Positions 59,601-64,000 of a DNA stretch of 64,000 nucleotides are shown here, in pieces. This DNA comes from Minisyncoccota bacterium (GTDB lineage Bacteria > Patescibacteriota > Minisyncoccia > Minisyncoccales > JAGOPM01), in the NCBI GenBank assembly GCA_041651395.1, contig JBAZJI010000001.1:891920-955919 (forward strand), in the 5' to 3' direction. The position numbers and the translations under genes are program-made. Position 1 is the stretch's first letter. Each line of letters begins with the position of its first letter. A model generated the notes under the pieces. It was not told where the DNA came from and did no database searches. It saw only the letters and a program-made list of their open reading frames with translations.

Positions 59601-60905
59601 GTTTATTCGGATAACGCCCAAGCCGACTTTGAAAATAATGAAAAATTAATTATTAGTCAGGCTTACGATGATAATGGCGTGCCATTCCAATTAGGTGCCG
59701 TGGCAGATAATCCAGTTAATTTGCCAGATTTTCATGTTTCGCTGAGTAGCCATTTTGAATTAGTTAAAAAGAGCGCCGGGATTTATGTCAAAGCTGCTAA
59801 CCCAACTCTTTCCGAACTTAGCCCCGAGGCTGAAATAAATGTTACCGTTCCTCAGCTCAATTCTTATCAAACTGCCGATAATATTTATTTGAATCAAGGC
59901 TGTATTGCCGCCAGCGCCCCGCAAAAACTCCTTTTTAATATTAAAGCTTTGCAACAGTTAAAAGTTTCCGCCAAATACGAGGGTCGGGGATATGTGAAAA
60001 TTGATGCGGACCCGGCAAAGAGTAATTTGGAATATAAAATGAAGTGCTTTTCGACCTCGCAGGGTAAGCAGGTGGAATTAAGTGTTAGCCAGCAAAGCGA
60101 GGCATCAAGATTTTTGGTGTCAGTAGCCACCGGAATTACTTTGGATAGTAGTGTGCGTTGCGAGTATTCCGTGACCGATCCCGATATTAACGTGGACTTT
60201 TTCGGTTCAATCGAATTTGAAGTTAAGGATATTATGCCAGAAAAGCCGGCGACTCCGATATTTAAGTCGACCAGCGTTGATTATTGCCAATATCCGGCCA
60301 AAATCACTTTTAATTGGGAAAGCCCCTCGCCGCAAAAAGGATATAATTTGGTAGTTTACCAGCAGGAAAATCTTTTAACCGATCATAAAGAGGGAACGGC
60401 TGTGCCTATGGCTGTTAAAAATATTCCCGGAGACGGTGTGGAAAATAAGTTGCGTTTTACCGGCTCGCCTGAGCGGTATTTTGCCGTTGTTTCCGTTCAA
60501 GGAGACAATGGGCTTTGGTCAGAGCCTTCTGATCCTTTCGAATTTTCCATTGAACGCCGCCCCGCCGCCCAACCAATGATAGAGGTGGAGCGCGTGAACA
60601 CGGTTAGGAAGTATATTGAATTCAAGGGTTTCGGAAAAGAATTAATCGATGAAGCTGGCAAACCAGTTGAGGTAACCGTTCCGCCTTCGCAGCTTTGGGA
60701 GTGGTATAGCGATCCGCAACAAGTTGCCCCGGAAAAGGGGATTAATGAAGGCTCGGCATATTTCCGGATTCCTTTTGAAAAGGCTCAGGATATTTATTTG
60801 AAATTGCGCTTTCATGACGAGGATTTGAACGTCTCCTGTGATTATGTCACTACTACAAAATTCAATATTAATGTAGAATTTAAGAATACGGGAACCACAT
60901 TCTAA
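56658..60905 (+). CDS. Giant secreted Cys-rich protein B2 (1415 aa), paralog of B1
   Basis: ATG at 56658 gives MSQKSKFVIFSIISLFIIGVISLALAQ. It shares with B1 the six-Cys modules, 2 CxxDC-type repeats (~58246-58385), an Ig-like domain, 2 YY.Y modules (~58720-59270) and the C-terminal region (PQLN[ST][FY]QT..NQGC, [IV]DYC.YP). Confidence 0.8.
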   Translation: MSQKSKFVIFSIISLFIIGVISLALAQTGEGSLQVTAKMACNSQTFAKVQIQIKCLSGSKIDCKKENILKFSNVSANVTLQDGTPYPSVSSQANSGGQTMYEDIWKKIIFANDNDSRYFSFLTPLCGKRSAELTYYDLLQQKNITVPIKINSQASLVCWQCPSGEEYSTVIGNGLSAGGANTATTSTPENPSLNEGVKMPYLYCPSGLEQYCRPSIELFASEEECEANMAQFIPPSISGSKCFSLENAQACNTACQNFSQPFIPTSTPPNNACAKEGEKVGQCQNRQCCEGLVPRPPLGPVCQACDVCEAFTCVKPDTPPTIGNVKWWYCQSDGNGQCQLSVENFSEPQACLDKYASQICFPNVSGLESQMQATCNNSCNTLVNGSLSVHPFISSDASCNKIIKFQITCLPGKKIICSGIDLQYEYSPAAESYVSSKPSAERFDFGYSTGGIIHSWLWRGIEIKATSSDYIITMRPGSFTSTYAATIYHINPTTKERLTTRINMPWVEKCATGDGGITVVNPDDGKNSPSCGNASCEPALGENNSSCPQDCQQCNLDKICQAARGETIDNCADCANGQTLEFSVASKPASDISEQSMVLNGELMGLGENKNVLYGFQYYPCAFPEMLSQTKWQTATSPVAFSFDLLELPPDTEICFKALAQASSTVLQGDLLKAKTLSSKSGLVCPMPLSPKIDENITSLSTQLSWSMVNGGKYYQYALYETTLGGAMIKEGDTNSNAVNVGPLVWGKHYYWRVNACADSTLKNCSNWCPAWHFITGVILNPPVITSPSSTSISEKKPLFSWDYVSGAQYYEYVLLSGSTEIVRDTISSNRAYPANELPLGDYILNVRACRDQQKQNCSEYAERAFSLKDEETILANCSALRIGSKKFASGDPNYIYLEKCSAANCPSPYKEPNIDLKASYVVNPEYKIYLLDENRGIKYESGSSEPLPQGQTLRLVIEPLVLPSTNFGNGGYNNTGGQKIVYSDNAQADFENNEKLIISQAYDDNGVPFQLGAVADNPVNLPDFHVSLSSHFELVKKSAGIYVKAANPTLSELSPEAEINVTVPQLNSYQTADNIYLNQGCIAASAPQKLLFNIKALQQLKVSAKYEGRGYVKIDADPAKSNLEYKMKCFSTSQGKQVELSVSQQSEASRFLVSVATGITLDSSVRCEYSVTDPDINVDFFGSIEFEVKDIMPEKPATPIFKSTSVDYCQYPAKITFNWESPSPQKGYNLVVYQQENLLTDHKEGTAVPMAVKNIPGDGVENKLRFTGSPERYFAVVSVQGDNGLWSEPSDPFEFSIERRPAAQPMIEVERVNTVRKYIEFKGFGKELIDEAGKPVEVTVPPSQLWEWYSDPQQVAPEKGINEGSAYFRIPFEKAQDIYLKLRFHDEDLNVSCDYVTTTKFNINVEFKNTGTTF

Positions 60906-60909
60906 ATAT

Positions 60910-62481
60910 ATGGCTAAAAATAAATTTATAATTACAATATTGCTTTCTTTGTTTTTCCTATCTGGGGTAGCGATAGCCCAAGAGGCAAAAACAGACAATG
61001 CAGGAGCGATACCTTCTTACGAAACGGATAATTGCCTGAAGTATTATAAAATGGATAGTGTCAGGATGACCGTTCAACCCTCGGCCAAAGATTATTCGAC
61101 TGGGCAGACGGTTTCCTTTTCGGGCGCTCTCGAGAATACTAATCAGTTTCCTGTCACCGGAGGCAATATTGTCGTTCAAATTTATCGGCTTAATCCCGAA
61201 GACCAGCGGGTGCGCTATCTTTTAGATGAATTTGTTTTGGAGAAGAATTTTAATTTAATTCCGGAATCTAAAGCCGATTTCGATTTCCGATGGCAGATTC
61301 CCAACGGCTTGAATAGCGGTGCGTATGCAGCGGCCGCCAGTTTGGTTTTAGATAAAAAGATTTATATGGTGGGGCTGCCATTTAGTGATGCTTATGCGGG
61401 CACTTACGCATTTTTTAATATTCGAAATTCCGGGGACGTCCGGGAGGTTTATGTCGACAAGGCTAATGTGAAACTCAATGGTAAAACAATATCACCGACC
61501 GGCTCGATGCCATATGTCGAGAAGGATAAAGATGTAGCTATTGGATATGTATTAGTTAATTCCGGAAAGGATTCGCAAAAAGTTCGGGTAACTAAGCATA
61601 TTTATAATTGGGATCAGCTCCAAAGCGAAAGGGGACAGGCTATTGTTGAGGAAAAGGAAGTTCCTGGAGCTGGAACTATCGAGATTTCTGATAAAATAAG
61701 CGGTTTGGGAGAGGGGGTTTATGTTTATTCTGTTGAGGTTGTGGGCCAAGGCGGAATCAAATCTATTTTCCGTTTGCGTTTTGGTATGGGCGGGAAGGGG
61801 CCACAAGCCAAAGTGGCTTTCTTGGCTCTGGAAAAATTTCCCGTTTCCAAAGATGCTGCTTCTTATATTGTTGGTTGTTTTCATTCCACTTCCTATGAAA
61901 AATCATTTAAGGGAAAAGTTTATATTACCTTGAAAGACAAGGATAATAATATTATTGAGAGGATTGATTATGGCGGAGAAATTTCTCCATTGGTCATGGC
62001 CCTTAGGCGAGATTTTGTTTTTTCTAATAATTATGACGAATTGAAATTGGAATCGCAGGTTTATGACAAAAACGGCAATTTAGTTGATCGGGTTGAGCTG
62101 ATATATAATTGTGATGCTTTTAAGGATCAGCCCGATAGTATGGCAATCTCTGTGGAAAAAGGCGGATTGATAAAGGTAAAATTATTAAATAAATGTAATT
62201 CGGCCGCTAAAGCTAATGTGGCGGTAGAAGTTTTGGACGATAAGGGTAAGGTTGTATTTTACGATCCGGGATATGTGACTCAAGAATATTCCAAAAAAGC
62301 CAAATTCAAATATAATAATCATTATAAAATAACAGCCCAGGCCGGTGGGGTCACTCGTTCCATAGAATATATACATATGGAAAAGGATTACACCTGGGCT
62401 TGGATTCTAGGGGCAGTCTTATCCGCTGTTTTAATCGCTGCCTATTTTGCCTGGAGAGCTAAAAAGCAACAACCATTATGA
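60910..62481 (+). CDS. Surface protein A2 (paralog of A1): signal peptide, beta-rich ectodomain, C-terminal TM anchor
   Basis: N-terminal IITILLSLFFLSGVAIAQ. C-terminal WAWILGAVLSAVLIAAYFAWRAKKQ. Collinear with 49236-50915 over its full length. Confidence 0.75.
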   Translation: MAKNKFIITILLSLFFLSGVAIAQEAKTDNAGAIPSYETDNCLKYYKMDSVRMTVQPSAKDYSTGQTVSFSGALENTNQFPVTGGNIVVQIYRLNPEDQRVRYLLDEFVLEKNFNLIPESKADFDFRWQIPNGLNSGAYAAAASLVLDKKIYMVGLPFSDAYAGTYAFFNIRNSGDVREVYVDKANVKLNGKTISPTGSMPYVEKDKDVAIGYVLVNSGKDSQKVRVTKHIYNWDQLQSERGQAIVEEKEVPGAGTIEISDKISGLGEGVYVYSVEVVGQGGIKSIFRLRFGMGGKGPQAKVAFLALEKFPVSKDAASYIVGCFHSTSYEKSFKGKVYITLKDKDNNIIERIDYGGEISPLVMALRRDFVFSNNYDELKLESQVYDKNGNLVDRVELIYNCDAFKDQPDSMAISVEKGGLIKVKLLNKCNSAAKANVAVEVLDDKGKVVFYDPGYVTQEYSKKAKFKYNNHYKITAQAGGVTRSIEYIHMEKDYTWAWILGAVLSAVLIAAYFAWRAKKQQPL

Positions 62482-64000
62482 ACGGGAAAAAAATATTTTA
62501 TTTTTTAATATCGGCCGCCTTCCTCTTTGCCACCCAGGTGGTTTGGGCTGCAACCTGTGATTGTCCGAAATTTGGGACGCCCACTTCTCCCTATATCAAA
62601 GGGGAGGGATGCGAATCGTCTATTGCGGCGGATAATACCTGCGCTTCTTATACTGACGGTGTTTTTAGTATAAAATATTACGTCGATCCGGCCGCCAAGG
62701 GGTATACAAATTGTGATGGCCCCGTCACTACGGAAAGTATTTATTTTCACCTCAATAAAAGCGGTTCGCCCAGGATAAATTTACCTCCGCCATATTTTGA
62801 TGGCCTGCGCTATAACCAGCAATCCATTCCCGGGCCCTTGCCCTATCAGCAGGGCGAGAAGGCAACCTATTCGACCACAACTTGTCTGACCGAGGGCTAC
62901 TATGATATTTACGGGGGAATTTGCGAAAACGCTTATGGCCGTTGCGATGGGAATAAAATTAATTCCAGTTGTGGCTATAAACATGTCGGTTATTTGTATG
63001 TCAGTAAAGAACAGGAAAAAGCCGGGTGTAATGCTGGGAATAGTTGTGGTAATGGGAAATTGGATAGTGGTGAGGAGTGCGATCCTTCGGTTTCTGGCAC
63101 AACGTGCTGCCTTTCAACGTGCAAAAAGGATACAAATTGCGGCGGCCGCTGCGGGGACGGGATTTTGCAATTATCCAATGGGGAGCAATGCGAGACCGGG
63201 TATGCTTGCACGGGATATGGCTCAGCCACGGAATGTAATCTTTCAACTTGTAAATGTGTGATTCCGGCGAGTAAGTGCGGCAATGGCGCCCTTGATAGTG
63301 GTGAGGAGTGCGATCCATCAATTTCGGGCACAACTTGTTGTACAAACCAATGCAAATATGACACTTCAGCGTTATGTTTGTGCGGCAATAAAAAACTGGA
63401 CGCAGGTGAGGATTGCGACTCTTCAGCTAATGCTTCATGTTCTGCCGGGTATGACTGCCAAACTTGCAAATGCGTGCAAAAGCCGACAGTGACCTGCCAA
63501 GCGAGCTTAGATGTCGTATGTAATAGCGGCCTTAATGATGGTTGTAGCAGTGGTGGTGGGACAGGGGGTGGCAGCGATCCGGGCTGCGGCGGGACAGGGA
63601 CGTCAAATACCTACGCCGATATTGTTATTGCAATGGACAGGACCGGTTCAATGCAGTCAGTCGATTATTCGCGCGTCCGCTCCGAGCTGAAGAATTTTAT
63701 CGACAAGCTTTCCAAAATAAGCGCTAATGTCCGGATAGGGATAGTAACTTTCCCGTATCGGTATAATGACAACCAACCGACTTGCCGGCTTTCATTCCCG
63801 CAGGCTATAGAGCCTACTAATGATTTCAATAAGCTTAAAAATTATGTCGACCAAGTGACCTACGTTGGTGAGGTTAAAGAAAATTTATACTGGACTGATG
63901 TTAATGCCAATAAAAGCCCTTGCGAACAGTCTACTACCAATTTAGGCGGGGCAATTATGAGTGCCTCTTCTATTCTTGATAAAGGTAGCGCTAAAAAGAA
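62478..64000 (+). CDS. Secreted Cys-rich-repeat + von Willebrand factor A domain protein (3'-truncated by the window; absent from the supplied ORF track)
   Basis: Manual translation from ATG 62478 (ATGA overlap with the A2 stop) runs 507 codons with no stop to the window end. It has a signal peptide MNGKKIFYFLISAAFLFATQVVWA, four CG[ND][GK]xLxxGExC[DE] repeats, a Gly-rich linker, then the vWA start ADIVIAMDRTGSM (MIDAS DxTxS) ..VRIGIVTF. Confidence 0.8.
   Translation, partial: MNGKKIFYFLISAAFLFATQVVWAATCDCPKFGTPTSPYIKGEGCESSIAADNTCASYTDGVFSIKYYVDPAAKGYTNCDGPVTTESIYFHLNKSGSPRINLPPPYFDGLRYNQQSIPGPLPYQQGEKATYSTTTCLTEGYYDIYGGICENAYGRCDGNKINSSCGYKHVGYLYVSKEQEKAGCNAGNSCGNGKLDSGEECDPSVSGTTCCLSTCKKDTNCGGRCGDGILQLSNGEQCETGYACTGYGSATECNLSTCKCVIPASKCGNGALDSGEECDPSISGTTCCTNQCKYDTSALCLCGNKKLDAGEDCDSSANASCSAGYDCQTCKCVQKPTVTCQASLDVVCNSGLNDGCSSGGGTGGGSDPGCGGTGTSNTYADIVIAMDRTGSMQSVDYSRVRSELKNFIDKLSKISANVRIGIVTFPYRYNDNQPTCRLSFPQAIEPTNDFNKLKNYVDQVTYVGEVKENLYWTDVNANKSPCEQSTTNLGGAIMSASSILDKGSAKK
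63045..63475 (+). repeat. Intragenic tandem duplication, 231-bp (77-codon) unit, encoding paired Cys-rich repeats
   Basis: CGNG motif codons start at 63045 and 63276 (231 bp apart). Secondary motifs start at 63150 and 63381. An exact 23-bp repeat gatagtggtgaggagtgcgatcc occurs at 63063-63085 and 63294-63316. Confidence 0.8.

Noticed and set aside
1-64000. Alternative genetic code (UGA recoding, as in Gracilibacteria/SR1 or Mycoplasma-type codes).
   Set aside because: TGA functions as a stop at conserved C-termini (for example rpmH ends ...GRKRLAV-TGA) and in several ATGA gene junctions. All conserved proteins translate full-length with code 11, with no in-frame TGA needed.
1-64000. Search for tRNA, rRNA, tmRNA, RNase P RNA, CRISPR arrays, transposases and IS inverted repeats.
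   Set aside because: No cloverleaf-compatible sequence was seen in any spacer. There are no regularly spaced direct repeats and no transposase or integrase-like ORF. A T-loop-like gttcgaaat at ~28432 lacks the flanking stems needed for a tRNA.

Overview
The window reads as a compact, moderately AT-rich bacterial chromosome segment spanning the replication origin (jag-yidC-rnpA-rpmH <> dnaA-dnaN, with DnaA boxes on both sides of dnaA). It uses the standard genetic code: TGA, TAA and TAG all act as stops. Genes are tightly packed, with many ATGA-type overlaps. No Shine-Dalgarno motifs are visible, and several genes have leaderless promoter geometry. By inference only, the gene content points to a Patescibacteria/CPR-like organism: a short YidC, T4SS-pilin-like proteins, giant Cys-rich surface proteins, Elp3 and a stand-alone 5'-3' exonuclease.

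Housekeeping genes present:
- RNA and translation: pnp (partial), dksA-like, rsmA, tyrS, tsaE, rpsT.
- DNA replication and repair: comM, ruvC-yebC-ruvB, ruvA (10 kb away on the opposite strand), mutM, holA, a 5'-3' exonuclease.
- Cell envelope: a LysM/M23 peptidase, PBP1A, a MurE-like ligase.
- Metabolism and signalling: pyk, a NUDIX hydrolase, ino1, and a 7TM/histidine-kinase/2x receiver module.

Regions of most interest:
1. An 8-gene chromosomal T4SS-like operon (7.8-17.9 kb) lacking a relaxase and coupling protein. It contains two 'pilin-fusion' proteins, one carrying a C39-like cysteine peptidase.
2. A 15-kb operon at the 3' end (49.2 kb to the window edge) with mirrored paralog order A-B-B-A-C. 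It encodes two TM-anchored proteins, two giant Cys-rich secreted proteins (1912 and 1415 aa) and a secreted Cys-repeat/vWA protein. The vWA ORF is missing from the supplied track because it runs off the window.
3. A head-to-head Elp3 / Trm9-like methyltransferase pair.
4. A Type II R-M pair.
5. A candidate ~155-nt structured sRNA between ruvB and a PilB-like ATPase.
6. A 66-aa hyper-acidic protein with its own consensus promoter and terminator.

rpmH (44 aa) is also absent from the ORF track and was found by manual translation. No tRNA, rRNA, CRISPR array, transposase or integrase was detected.
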